From: Eledone cirrhosa
Taxonomy: Eukaryota
Assembly: GCA_964016885.1 (NCBI GenBank)
Contig: OZ024743.1
Span: 273,730,001-273,794,000, forward strand
Length of the DNA stretch: 64,000 bases
Direction: 5' to 3'
Shown here: positions 15,745 to 28,292 of the stretch, piece by piece
How the letters are laid out: the number at the start of each line of letters is the position of its first letter
How positions within the stretch are numbered: position 1 is the stretch's first letter
Notes under the pieces: generated by a model
What the model was told of the DNA's origin: nothing
Databases searched by the model: none
The model's input: the letters and a program-made list of their open reading frames with translations, nothing else
Made by a program: the position numbers and the translations under genes

Positions 15745-17343
15745 ATGGCATAGGTGCCATTGGATCACCCTGCCCATCACATCATGTCTCCAGCCTTTAT
15801 AGTGAGTCTGGGCTAGGTGTTTACACTCGGATACAATGTGAGCCACAGTCTCCTCTCTCTCTCTCTCCACAGATCCCACACAGTGGTCTAGCCTCCTCCT
15901 TGTACATATGGTGTTTCAGCCGCTTTGTTTTGAGGGCCTGCTCTTGCGCAGCCATTAGCATTCCTTCTGTAGCCTTTTTAAGGTCTCCTCTTTTCAACCA
16001 CTTCCATGTCTGTGGATCTCTAAATTCAGTTTTCTCAAAGAAGGCACTATGAAGGGATTTATCATGAAGTTTGCTCTTTCTCCTTGTTGTTATTTCCTCC
16101 TTGGACATCCCCTGGTCTATTTCCTCTCCTTCAGTACAATTCTGAGCATTGGCTCCCTACTATCAGTCACGTATTTGTGTAGGTTGTTTTTCTCCATCTG
16201 AACACAGTCCTCTATGCTGATAAGACCTCTTCCACCTTCAGATCTCCTTAAGTAGAGTCTATCGACATCACTCCTCTTGTGGAACGTATTGTAGATAGTC
16301 AATAGCTACCTAGTCTTCCTATCCATTTCTTTTTGTTCAGCAACATTCCATCTCAGAATTCCCGCACTGTACCTAATAATAGATACAGCTCGGGAATTTA
16401 CTGCACTTATGGCATTCCTACTGTTCAGATGTGACTTTAGTAAGCTCCTTACTCTACGAATGTATTCAGATCTTATCAATCCCTTAATTTTGTTTGTTCT
16501 TGATGTCATCAGCGTCAAGAACCCCTAACTATTTGTATCCCTCTTCAGCATCAATTTCTTTTATCATCTCACCTGTTGGTACCTGGATTCCGTTGCTTCT
16601 GCTCAATTTAACCCTCTTCATCACAAGGACTCCACACTTACTAATACCAAATTGCATACATATATCATTGCTGAAAATACGGACAGTGTCAACAAGCACA
16701 TCCAACTCCCTCTCACTCCTCCCAAAGAGCTTAAGATCGTCCATTAAGAGGAGGTAATAGATGGTAAGCTCTCCCTTTCCCAACTTGTATCCTGCTCTCA
16801 CTTTTCGCAGTATAATGGCCAGGGTATCAGGGCAAGGACAAACAGCAGACGGGACAAACTATCTCCCTGGAAGATACCTCTCTTGATCCTCACGCCTCCC
16901 AGGGATTCTTCGCCCGATGTTAACTCTGTTTTCCAGGACTTCGTACTTTTGCTCAACAACTGTCTGATGTTATCTGCCACCCTGAAGATCTCTAGGCTTT
17001 TGGTTATCCAAGAATGAGGTACCATGTCGAATGCCTTTTTGTAGTCTATCCATCCCATGGCAAGACCAGTGTGTCTGCTCTTGCAATTTCTCATTACCAT
17101 CTTATCAATAAGTAGCTGATCTTTTGTACCACGGGACTTCTTTCGGCATCCTTTCTGTTCGTCTGGTAACAAGTTGTTTATGTGGAGGTGATGGTAGATT
17201 TCCTCAGACACAATGCTTGTCAACAGTTTCCACATTACGGACAGACATGTGATAGGTCTATAGTTGGTAACATCAATACCCTTGGTTCGGTCTTTCATTA
17301 CCAGAACTGTGGTACTTTTTGTCAACCACTCTGGTACCTCACC
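15745..17343 (-). mobile_element. R4/Dong-clade LINE, second family A copy, truncated at both ends
   Basis: [69 protein letters not shown]; paralogous to 12110-13343. Confidence 0.9.
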
Positions 17344-17355
17344 TAATTATTATTA

Positions 17356-17435
17356 TTACTGGGTAATTACTGGCCTTGTGCCTAAAGTAGAAACAATTAT
17401 TATTATTATTATCATAATCATTATTATTATTATTA
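17356..17435 (+). mobile_element. SINE 3' fragment with (ATT)n tail
   Basis: actgggtaattactggccttgtgcctaaagtagaaacaattattatt matches the end of the full copy at 52599-52776. Confidence 0.8.
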
Positions 17436-17610
17436 TATTGTTGGAATGTGATGGACCACCTATGCTGGTGGGATTTGGTCGGTATTCTATATTATTGAGA
17501 TATGTTAGACCTCTTATACTGTTGCTTATGCTGGACCTCATATACTGTTAGAATACATGGGCATTCTACAGTGTTTGTATAAATTATTTCCTATGCTGTT
17601 GGAATAAAAC
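17435..17610 (+). repeat. Continuation of the degenerate minisatellite at 10300-10885
   Basis: cctcttatactgttg, cctcatatactgttag and cctatgctgttggaataaa units. Confidence 0.55.
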
Positions 17611-18618
17611 TTCATTCCTCACGAGTTAACTTCAGATTGAAGACTTGCTATGAATGTTTGCCACATAGTGGAATCTATAAAAAATATCATACTAATATTT
17701 GTTGTGTCAGGTGATGTAGGCAGTATTCGTGATGGTGGGACATGGTGATGTTATTGTATTGTTTTTTTGTGGTGGTGTAAACTGCGTGTGAGATTATTTT
17801 TTCCTCCATTTAAACAATGTCGGGTTTGGTAAATGTCTGGTAAAAAAATGTCTGGTAAATGTCTGGTAAAAAAATGAAAAAAAAAATCAAATGTCACAGG
17901 AGGAAATTATTTCAAAATTACTTTATATAGTAACACCTTCTTGAATAAATGATAAAATATAATCAGCTCGCACGATTGACTTCCACTGTTATCATATTAT
18001 TTTAAACTATAAATAATGTGGATTCGTGCGTTGTGTATGTAACAACGTTTGTATGTGTGTTTCTCTGTATGTATGTTATGTAAATTAGTAGAAAAGCGTA
18101 TATCTCTCTAAGCATTTATATTTGTGTGTAAGCTTGTTTGTCAGTATATATGTACGTATATAAATACAAACACATATGTCTTTAACATTTCTATATATAT
18201 ACATGGTTTGAAAGTGTGTATGTAAGTAAGTATGTTTGTGTCCATTTACGACTTTTAGGATGAATGTTTCAAATTCATTTCCACATATGTAATCTTATCT
18301 GTACGTTCCTATAAATGTACACGAAAACATGTATGCACGCATGTGTTTACGCATGTACGTACATACCTATGTACCTACGCATTTATACATATTCCTATGT
18401 GTGTGCGTACGTATGTATATGTGTACATACGTATATGCATACCTACATATGAATGTACATAAGTAAATATGTATGTATGTATTTTCGCAAAGTAATTTTT
18501 ACAAGTTATATATGTATTGTTCTATTCATAACTTTAATAGTGATTTTCAGATATTTTTCCTACAAGGTTTTTTCTTTAGTGTGCACTTTTAATTTATCAT
18601 GATCTATAAATATAGATC

Positions 18619-18703
18619 ATGGAAAATGTGGTTTATGATATTTATGGAAAATGTGGTTTATGATATTTATGGAAAATGTGGTTTATGATATCTATGGAAA
18701 ATG
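18619..18703 (+). repeat. 25-bp tandem repeat x3.4
   Basis: atggaaaatgtggtttatgatattt repeated; preceded by the palindrome catgatctata-aa-tatagatcatg. Confidence 0.9.
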
Positions 18704-18894
18704 AACGTGTACGAAAGTTAATTTGACAATCTTTGCCTCGAGTCTTGTTTCCCTTTATTTATTAGAGGTGAACTTATTTTTATATTATGCCAGATGCAAG
18801 ATTATTCTTTTTTGCATCATTTAAGATAAACCTAATATTTTTCCCCCATGGAATAACAAAAAATTTACGTGCTTTTAATTAATATATTATAACT

Positions 18895-19580
18895 ATCATT
18901 ATTACCATGCCCTCCATCAGCATTGATTGTAAATCTTCATCTACCAAGATAGCGTATCTCATCCAGTGGTCTTAGGTATAATGATTTTTCAGTTTATGTC
19001 CAATACCTTTCGTATTATTCTAGCCGTTGCAAGGGCACAACGTTTTTGTAATATTTCTTCTGTAAAATTCCATTTTATTCATTTTTTTAAATATAAATCC
19101 TTCAACATTCTTTGTGTAGTCTCCAAGCCCCCATGACTACTGGTATAATTCCACCTTTTTCATCTCTCCTATTCTTGAATTTTCAATACCCAGGGACATG
19201 GGATTTGTAAATTTTTCTTCTTCTTTTCCTTCTCTAGGAGTATCAAATGGACAAGCTGGGTCTATCAACTGCCATGTTTTGATTTTCTTTTTGATTAGTG
19301 ATGTCTCGTCTCTTAGGATCTAGACATTTATCCATTGTATGGGCCAATCACATACAATTTTCCAGTCTTCCGGCTCCAATTTTTTCTTCCTTGTCAAATC
19401 ATCATTTCTCACACAGTTTCCACTCGAGTACAGTGACCACATTATCTCGTTTTCTCTTCTTATATTAATTTGCAGCAGGTTTTGGAAAATCTAAGACAAT
19501 GTGTGCCGCTCTTTCATTTCCAATGCCCCACAATCAACAAGGTGAGATACATCTTCTACATATACTGCTTTTTCTGATGT
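18895..19580 (-). mobile_element. Old R4/Dong-like LINE 3' relic
   Basis: Minus-strand fragments DNVVTVLEWKLCEK, IDPACPFD, CALATARIIRKVLD; ends near an (ATT) tract. Confidence 0.6.
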
Positions 19581-19607
19581 TAGGCGTATATATTGTTATT
19601 ATTAATT

Positions 19608-21213
19608 GGATTGGCTGTATCGGTAGAGCGTCAGACACGTTGCTTTGCGATATAGAATTTCGGCCCTTTACGTTCTGAGTTTAGCTTTGTCTTTCATCCT
19701 TATGGGGTCGACAAATTGAAGTACCTCTCACGAACTGGAGTCGATTTGATTTATTTTCACCAAATTGCTGGCCTTGTGTCTAAATAAGAAATCATTGTTA
19801 TTGTTGTTGTTGTGTGTGGTGGGGGCGGTTCTGGGGGTGCTGATGGTGGTGGAGGTGGTACTGGTTCATCTGAATAATCAACAATTGTGGCGTCAAAGAT
19901 CGGAAGAGCACAGATCGAAATGCGTTGAACTATGCCCTTTAGGAACTAAACACAAACCCTATCGAGGCTCATTGCTTTTCATCCTTCCTGGGCTTCTACT
20001 AAGTTAGGTAATCAAGTCAATATTATGTATATACATCCTTCCAAAATGCCATGTCTTCCTCGAAAGTGAGAATTTCTTTTTTCTAAAAGTACGTTGCAGA
20101 CTTAGTAGAGAACTAGGCAAAAATATTCCAGTTTTCAATCTCATTACGTTATTTTGTCATTAAAAATCCTACCAAAGCCGATTTAACTTTTCATCGTTGT
20201 CGACAATATCAAGTATCTGTTAAGTACTGGTGTCGATATATTCGATTGCTCCAGAACACGAAATTACTACCCTTAAGCCTAAAATTAGAAACAATTATCA
20301 TTATTAATGTTATTAAAGTACCAGTAATGTACTGGGTAATTGATCGCCTTGTGCCAATAATAGAAACAATTATTAATGTTATTGCTCAATTGTATTATTA
20401 TTAGGGCGGTGGATTAGCAGTATAGGTAGAGCGTTGGTCACCATGCTTTGCAGCATAGAGTTATCGCCCTTTATGATCTGAGCTCAGATCCTGTCGAGGT
20501 TAACTTTGCCTTTCATCCTTATGGGGTCGATAAAATAAAGTACCAGTAATGTACTGGTGTCGATATAATCGACTTTCCCCCAAAAATAAATTACTGGCAT
20601 TGTGCCTATATAAGAAACCATTATTATTAGGGTGATTTGGGCGGTAGGTTGGCAGTATTGGTAGTGGGTCGGACGCCATGCTTTGACACATAGAGTTACG
20701 GCCCTTTCCATTCTGAGTTCAAATCCCGCCGAGGTTAACTTTGCCTTTCATTTTTACTGGGTCGATAAAATAAAGAACCAGTAATACACTGGGTAATTGC
20801 TGGCCTTGTGCTAAAAGTAGAAACAATTATTATTAGGGTGATTTGCAGTATCGGTAGAGCGTCAACACCTTCATTTGCAGCATAATGTGCTGGCGATTTA
20901 CGTCCTGAGTTCAAATCTCACCGAGGTTAACTTTGCTTTTCATTCTTACGGGTCGATAAAATATAGCACCAGTAATGCACTGAGGTAATTGCTTGCCTTG
21001 GGGCAGAACTAGAAGCAATTATTATTATTGCTCAAGAGGTGGATTAGCAGAGGAGTTAGAGCGTTGGACGTATGTTTGCGGTATTTGTTGCCACTTCTTA
21101 CGTTCTGAGTTCCACTGACTTTCATCTTTGAGAGGTCGATAAAATAAAGTACCAGAAAATTGTGGGTTAACGTACACATTTCTGGCCATGTGCTTAAATT
21201 AGAAGTCTTTATT
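19608..21213 (+). mobile_element. Head-to-tail cluster of ~7 tRNA-derived SINE copies/fragments
   Basis: Repeated ggcagtatcggtagagcgtc...ctgagttcaaatcccgccgaggttaactttgcctttcatccttacggggtcgataaaataaagtaccagt...gtagaaacaattatt units at ~19608, 20190, 20315, 20404, 20637, 20843, 21036. Confidence 0.9.
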
Positions 21214-21552
21214 ATTGCTCTTCAACTAGGCTTGGTCAAGTCAAGAATAGTGAAACAGTAGAATCCAATGGAACCAGGAGTGCCAGCTTCGGAAATAATA
21301 ATAATTAGAATTCGAACAGTGGAATCAATTTTACACTCAGAGAAGGAATATGAATATAAAGTTACGGCAGAACTCTGCGTCTGAATGTTGAACCTATTAC
21401 TGGGGCTATAGAAGTCACTGAATGTGACATTGTGACATAATTAGAAATCATATTATCATAGTTATAATTAATGCCATATTGTGCCCGTAAAATGGTAAAA
21501 CAGCTAGAGCATGGTACTAAAGTTCTCATAATTTTCTGTAACACCATTGTCA

Positions 21553-21583
<31 letters not shown>

Positions 21584-22091
21584 TATCATTATTGGTGCCA
21601 TTTATTTTGTTCTCGTTTATGTTGATGTCATTTAAGTTGTGCTTAAACTCTAGGTCAGCACTGACTGATAGTTTTTACGACATAGCTTATGGAATATTAC
21701 ATTATCCATTTCAACTAGTATGATGTAAGATAATATGATTTGAGGGAGACTAGAAACTAAATTGACGCACACGTTGGCATGTATTGAGTTATGTATGTTT
21801 ATAGTGTGATATCCTAGAGGTGATGATATTGGTTCTACCAGTATCAGAAAGTGTTCTGCCGCACGACAATTTCGATCGAATAAAACATGCAATGGCGGTT
21901 GCAAAGTGGATGCATCAATAAAGGAAAACTTATGCGCATCTTTTCAGATTCCAAATCGCATTGATATTGTTTGAGGAGAAGGGGCTGTTGCAGTAGTTTT
22001 GGCCTTGTTCTAGCCCCGATTGAGCATATCCATAATCGAAGGGATCCCAGCCGTGACCTCCCCTCTCTCTCTCATTCTCTCTCTCTCTCTA

Positions 22092-22138
<47 letters not shown>

Positions 22139-22631
22139 TTCCTCGCACATATCCTCCCTTCGTTAATTTTCAAAATTTTTAATTTATACAGTATCTTCCA
22201 ACGGTTTTCAACCCCTCTATATAAAATATATCTCCTCTCTGTTATAAAAACTATCTCTTTCTCTCTATCACCCATCTCTCCCTCTCATCTCCTTCCCTTT
22301 TCATCCTTTTCTCTCCCCCCCCCTCTCTAAATAAAATATTTTTCCCAATATCACACATCAATCTAAAACCACTTTTCATATGTTGATTTAAAACTGCACT
22401 ATCAACAAGTGTTTTTTTAGCCTTCATATCATGTTCTCCTGTTTTATCTGATGAAAACACAAATATTATTGTTTGATGATGTTTGTTTTTGAAATGCGCA
22501 TAATAAAATATATTGAACTCCTTTAACCATCTTTTGATCTTATATTATGCATACTCCAGTCCCACAAACTGTAGAGTGCTTCTTATCCGATATCTGCATT
22601 GCTTTATTGTACTACAATAAAACTCACCTCC

Positions 22632-22691
<60 letters not shown>

Positions 22692-23289
22692 CAACTTTAC
22701 CTATGTACCCTTTACTTTTTAAGATTGAGAACGTGGTTGGTGTCATCTGAATAATATCTTTTTAAATGTCGAGATTACCTATTTAACCAGGAGAGCCTCC
22801 CTTCTTTCTAGGCTAAATGATAGGTATTTGAAATATAGTTATGTGTGAAAATAAACTATATTTTATTTGTTGCTAATAACACATGGTGAGTCGAACAATG
22901 CAATGAATGCAATTGGTTGTCAATGAGAACAATATACAAACAACTTTCCATCAAATAAACATATTTTTGGTGATTTCTAAATTCTATAATTTCACAGAAC
23001 CAGATAAAATGGCTTGCCACTAAACTAACGTATCAATATTGAATATATTTAAAATCCACCGATGAATAGACAATTATAGGAAAAAACATTTCGAAGCATA
23101 CGTGCAAATGAATTACTACTTTATTATACATTCACCTAAAGTAATGTTCGACGGAGTTTAAACCAGTGCAGTTAATTACACGTCTGTGCACAAATATTTC
23201 TGCTAGTGGGATTGATGTAGGAAATAAATGTTTATTTTATCGAAGTTAGTATCATAAACCTTTTATTGTATATATATATATATATATAT

Positions 23290-24532
23290 TCATTCAGGTT
23301 TGAGGTTCACCACTGTATAGAGCTGGTCTATTCCGTATGGTCAATCGTAATGCAATAATATAGAGAGTACTCAACGTAAGGCAGTTCAACCGTCTTTGTT
23401 TTTGTAGTTGGTGGTGCTATTACGGAGTTAAATATAATAATGAAATGACAGGAGGCTGGATTTGTGTAAATCCTTGAAAGGTTTATTATACTATGATCAT
23501 TTCAATGACAGGGTTCCGTATGAATCCGGTGATATTATCAGGTATTCGAAATATAATACGTGAATACTGAAAATCGAGGACCGGAGGGCGACCGCTATTC
23601 TGTTCCTTCAACCTCAGCCGGTCGCCTTCGAGTGACGTGGCTAAAGTTTATAGTATGCTACTACCGGTCAGATAAACGAAAACAGAAAGGGATGGGAACA
23701 TAAGTTAGTGTCAATCTCATGACACAAGGTAAAAGAAGGAAAGAAAGGAAGGAGAGAGAAGAAGGGGGAAGAAAGAAGAAGAGAAGCCAGGGTTAATGTC
23801 AGCTAAAAGAAGAAAGGCAACTACTACCGGTCAGATATAGGCAAGCAAGAGGGGGAAGGAAGATAAGTCTGCGGGAGGAAGACAGTAAGAGGGGAGAAGA
23901 GAAGGAAGAGAAGAGAGAATTAGAAAAGTAAGGGTTGATGGCTACACGAAGGAAGATAGAAAGAAAGAGGAAGAAAGGTCGATATTAATTGCAGACCACA
24001 GTCAGGCCAGGAGTGGCGCTAGAAAATGTGCACAGGGACCCGCATCTTAGCAGAGATGAATATATTGGGAGTCAGTGTGTTACAATGTTTAGACTTCTAG
24101 GATGAAGTTAAAAAATTAATAATCCATATTCAATATTAAAGGGGTTAGAAAATTTAAAGTTCAACAGTTTAACATTTTCAGGTTGATATATCTAATAGTT
24201 CCGATTTGTTCTGTAATTTAAAGGTACTATGTGGCGGTTAAAACACCGGCCGCGCCCCGAGCCCCATGGCGAATTAAGCTACGCCGAGTATTTTCATTTA
24301 CCGAAAGAAGGGGAAATTTATTTTTCCAAGCACTCCAGGTAAGCTCGTGCGCAAGGGAGCTGGTCGCGCCGCCATTAAAACCCACCCAACAGTCCGACAG
24401 AAAGTTGGAACTTTAAAATTTTGCTTAGAGAAGTAGAAAAGTCATGGTTGATGGCTACAAGAAGGAAGGTAGAAAGAGAGAGGAAGGAAGGTCGATATTA
24501 ATGTCAGACCACATTCGGGCCAGGAGTGGCGC
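23290..24532 (-). mobile_element. Longer non-coding PLE-like element of the 2230-2690 family, with purine-rich internal duplications
   Basis: 23290-23630 is the reverse complement of ~2320-2680 (HHR core mutated to CTGATAA); ~95-bp direct repeat at 23925-24020 / 24435-24532; (TA)n at both ends. Confidence 0.6.
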
Positions 24533-24549
24533 ATATATATATAATATAT

Positions 24550-25122
24550 ATAAATGAAAGTATAGAAATTATTGTGAGCGTCAAGCCAACAGTATTTTAT
24601 AATATATAAGTGACTATAACGTCAAAATGGAAAATAATTAACGTAAGATGTGGGAAAATAATTCAAACACAATTTAAAAAAATCAAGACATAGATTTATC
24701 CATAGAATTTTGTGAAATCCAGGGAAAAATCAATAGAGCCTTAACTCTGAATAAAATAAAGTCTAAAAACTCATCCTTCAATTTGGAAAAATTTTAAATG
24801 CTCTATATAGTCTTAAAAAGACCATTTCACGAAACTTTCAGTGGGGATGGTCACGGTTGGAATCGTTCATCAGTAAAGCTCAACACGATAACCCTAAATT
24901 ACGGCCAGAAATATGCCAAAAAGGGAATTTAAAAGCAGGCTAGTTCAACTCATGCGTAAATATGAAAATAAACGCACATGGAGAGACATGGCTGGTGACG
25001 TCAAGGCAAAAAACATTCCGAAAAAAACTCTACAAATGTAAGGAGTTCAGCAAAATAGCAATATTATCGCGGTTTAAAAAAAAAGACCGGGATTAGTCAC
25101 AAATAATTTTAAGCACTCTAGG

Positions 25123-25125
<3 letters not shown>
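24550..25125 (-). mobile_element. Non-coding PLE-like element carrying a canonical HHR
   Basis: Second, truncated copy at 62700-63012; both end in (TA)n. Confidence 0.7.
24800..24879 (-). ncRNA. Canonical type I hammerhead ribozyme
   Basis: gcttta-CTGATGA-acga[loop]tcgt-GAAA-tggtctt/aagacta-TA-tagagc: all three stems pair, core intact, AUA cleavage triplet. Confidence 0.88.
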
Positions 25126-25172
<47 letters not shown>

Positions 25173-25214
25173 CTGTGTGTGTATGTAAATATATGTAGTT
25201 GTGGATATATATGT

Positions 25215-26950
25215 ATATATATAATGGAAAAATTTGAACAGGGACAAAACAGAGAGGCAGTACAACGAATGTTTATTAATTTCACGCTCTGGAGAGTGGG
25301 GTGTAGGTGGGGGACGACGTTTCGGGCATAAGCTCTTCCTCAGGTGAGAAGTGTGTGGGAACAGAGTTCAAAGGGTGTGTTGGGGAGTGGTGGAGAGACA
25401 TATAGCGAAAGGAAACGGTGCGTGTTAAAAAAATAAAAATTAAAATAAAGCATGATCAAAATACAAGGAATGAAATAAATTTAAATATAAAAGCATGATC
25501 AAAATAAACTGAAATTAAAAGGGGGGTAAAACAGTTTGTGGAAGGGTGTGGGGTGTGTAGGGGTGGTGGCGGGGGGAGTGGGTAGAGGGAGACGGGGGGT
25601 CCGAGCGGGGAGGGCTGAAGGTGGTGTGTGTGTGTAGGTGTACGTGTGTGTGTGTGTGTGTGTGTATGTGAAAGTAAGGGTTGGGGGAAGAACGGGGTTG
25701 CATGTTCAGGAGAGGTGTGTGTGGGGGGGTTTGTGGTTTGGAGTGTCTGTGCGTGTGTGGATAGAGGGGTGGGGGGAGAGGAATCAGGAGGCTGAGGGTG
25801 TAAATATGCGGTGGAAAGCACGTGTGTGTGGGGTTTAAGCGTGTTGTGGGTGTAGGTGGCGTGTGGAGGAAAAATTGTTTTCGGGTGTGTGTGTGGGTGA
25901 GTTATATAGGTGATTACGTAAGAGGATGGTTGAAAAGTTGGTAAAATTCAAAGGTGTTTAGTCGATTCTCTGGTGGTCAATTTCTGCGTGCGAGTATTCC
26001 ATGAAGCGATGGTCAGACGAGGAGAGATGTGGGGTGCGCGCGCAACAGGAACTGGTCAAGCAGTGGGAGTGCTGTGTGTCTGTTTGTGCTGAGAGGTGGT
26101 CAGAGGGCATAGCAGCAGTCGGTGGAATGGTAAAGGGCGAGAATGGGTAGGTGTGAAAGTTGGAGTGAGGAGGGTGTGTGTGTGTGTGTGTGTTAGTAGA
26201 GGTGTTAGTGGGATGAGTGAGTGTGGAGCGAGGGTGTGGGTGGAGCAGGGAGAGAAGGGTGTGTGTGGTTCTATGGAGCGAGTGTGGTGTACAGGTGTGT
26301 GTGTAGTGTGATGAAGGGGTGTTAGTGGGTGTTAGTATACGGGAGGTGGGGAGGGGTTGAATGCAGATGTGAGTGGGGGTTAGTGGTGGTAGGGTGTGTA
26401 GAGTTAGTGGTGTACGAGGGTGTGTGGGTTCGTGTGCGTGGGGTTGGGGGGTGTTAGTGATGTTAGTTGCGTGTGGGGTGGGTGGTGTAAGTGTGTGCGT
26501 GTGTTCGTGTGCTTGGGGTTAGGGGGTGTTAGTGAGGTTAGTTGCGGGGTGGTGGGATGGAGGTGTGAGGGTGAGAGGTGTGGGGGTGAGGGTTAGTGGT
26601 GGTAGTAGGGTGTGTGTTTAGTGTGAGCGCGTGTATATATGTGCCGGTGGGTGTGTGCGTGTGATAAGGAGGGGGGAGGAGAAGAAGGGAGGGATGTTAG
26701 TATGTTAGTTGGGGAAGGGTGGTCAGATGAGGGGTGGAGTGGAGGTGTTAGTATTGTTAGTTGTGGGGTGGGCGGTGAAAAGGAGGGGTGTGTTAGTGGT
26801 GTTAGTGGGAGATAAGTGTGTGTGTGGGGGGGTCGAAGGCTAAAGGAATTAGGGTGGGGAGTTCAAGCCGGGGGGAGTGTGGGTCTGTAAGATGAAGATA
26901 GTGCGTTGTTCGACCCTAAGGCGATTGGGGGGTGTTCCGTGGCACTGGAG
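25215..26950 (-). mobile_element. Non-autonomous PLE-like element with a G/T-rich (C/A-rich on RNA strand) body and an HHR-like terminal repeat
   Basis: CTGAGGA-gagc ttat gccc-GAAA at 25280-25349; the terminal segment recurs at 57660-57825 (CTGAAGA-gggc ttat gcct-GAAA). Confidence 0.55.
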
Positions 26951-27014
26951 TAGGCCACAGACTGTGAGATATATATATATGAGTGTTGTGTGAACATTTG
27001 TGTGTGTGTGTGTA

Positions 27015-27056
<42 letters not shown>

Positions 27057-27543
27057 TGTGTGTGAGTGGGTGGGTGTTTGATTATATGGGATCGGTGTCC
27101 TGAACATGAAAAAGGAAGAACAGTGATCGATCTCGTGTAAGAGCATGCTCAAAACAAGAAACCGATACCTTTCGTTTCAAAGTCTAGTTATGGATATCAT
27201 CTCAGGTTATGCATGGTGGGGCAGAATAGGTGTAGGGGTAAAAAGATTCCCGAAAAACACCGAGAAAATATAGCCACATACATGTTAAGCCACACAACCA
27301 TTTTTAGGAGAAATGGTCTCCTTTTAATAATAAAGCTTTCTTTTTCAAGTATGTAGTAGAACAATTTACAAGTGATATACTTGGCCTGCATTAACCAATA
27401 TGACATATAGAGTTTTCATATAGAGAATCAAATATCTAGCGATCTGGAAATCTAAGAATCGACGAATGTCAAATATATATTAATTGATATATATATATAT
27501 GTTGGGGTGTATGTGTGCGTGTATGTGTATGTATATATATATA

Positions 27544-27615
27544 TTTCAGAAGATCCCGTTAAAGGTGAAAGCAGCGATTCTTTGCTTAAACTGTAATCTG
27601 TTATTTTAATAAATA
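27544..27615 (+). ncRNA. HHR-like motif with CAGAAGA core variant (family also at 62338, 33930-34133, 32600)
   Basis: ttt-CAGAAGA-tccc gttaa aggt-GAAA-gca...tgc-TT-aaa, then AATAAA. Confidence 0.55.
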
Positions 27616-27714
27616 TATATATATGTGTGTCTGGTGGTAGTTAAAATGCTTCCATAGGCGGTATGCCGGTTGAGCACTGTATGCTCTTATAGAGCAGTGT
27701 ATGATAGAATATTC

Positions 27715-27776
<62 letters not shown>

Positions 27777-27984
27777 GAGGGTATGCTGAAACGTTCCTTT
27801 TAGTAAAAGAAAATATAGGTGGATCAGTTAATTATGGTTTTATTATATATTACCCATCCGATGAGAGCACTAACTGTGTTAGTACTCAATACACGAAGAG
27901 ATATAGAGTGGGTATAGTTGTATGTGAAACGCGGCGCCAAGCATCGGGTCATGATCTGACTTTCTCTCTCTCACTATATATATA

Positions 27985-28064
<80 letters not shown>

Positions 28065-28242
28065 GAGAGAGAGAGAGGGAGAGAGAGATGGGATTAGGAT
28101 TGGTGCTGCTCTGAAATGGTGATGTATGTATAGTATATTTGACAATATACCGTATGTTTAATTAAAAACATTTAGAAGACCATACACTATCAGTTTTAAG
28201 GTAGTGTCTATATCACTTACTTATTTCCGGCGAAAGAAGGTA

Positions 28243-28292
28243 GAGAGACTGACAGTCTGTTTCACGCTGGTTGGCGTTCATCATAACTATCG
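28243..28292 (-). ncRNA. Degenerate HHR-like motif
   Basis: ATGATGA-acgc caacca gcgt-GAAA-cagactg-TC-agtctctc; C3 mutated, stem I imperfect. Confidence 0.45.

Noticed and set aside
19608-21213. Regularly recurring repeats resembling a CRISPR array
   Set aside because: Units are ~200-bp SINEs without unique spacers; eukaryotic context, no cas genes
22330-22780. Possible L1/Tx1-like 3' relic on the minus strand
   Set aside because: Only vague Cys/His spacing in broken frames; cannot be supported without a search
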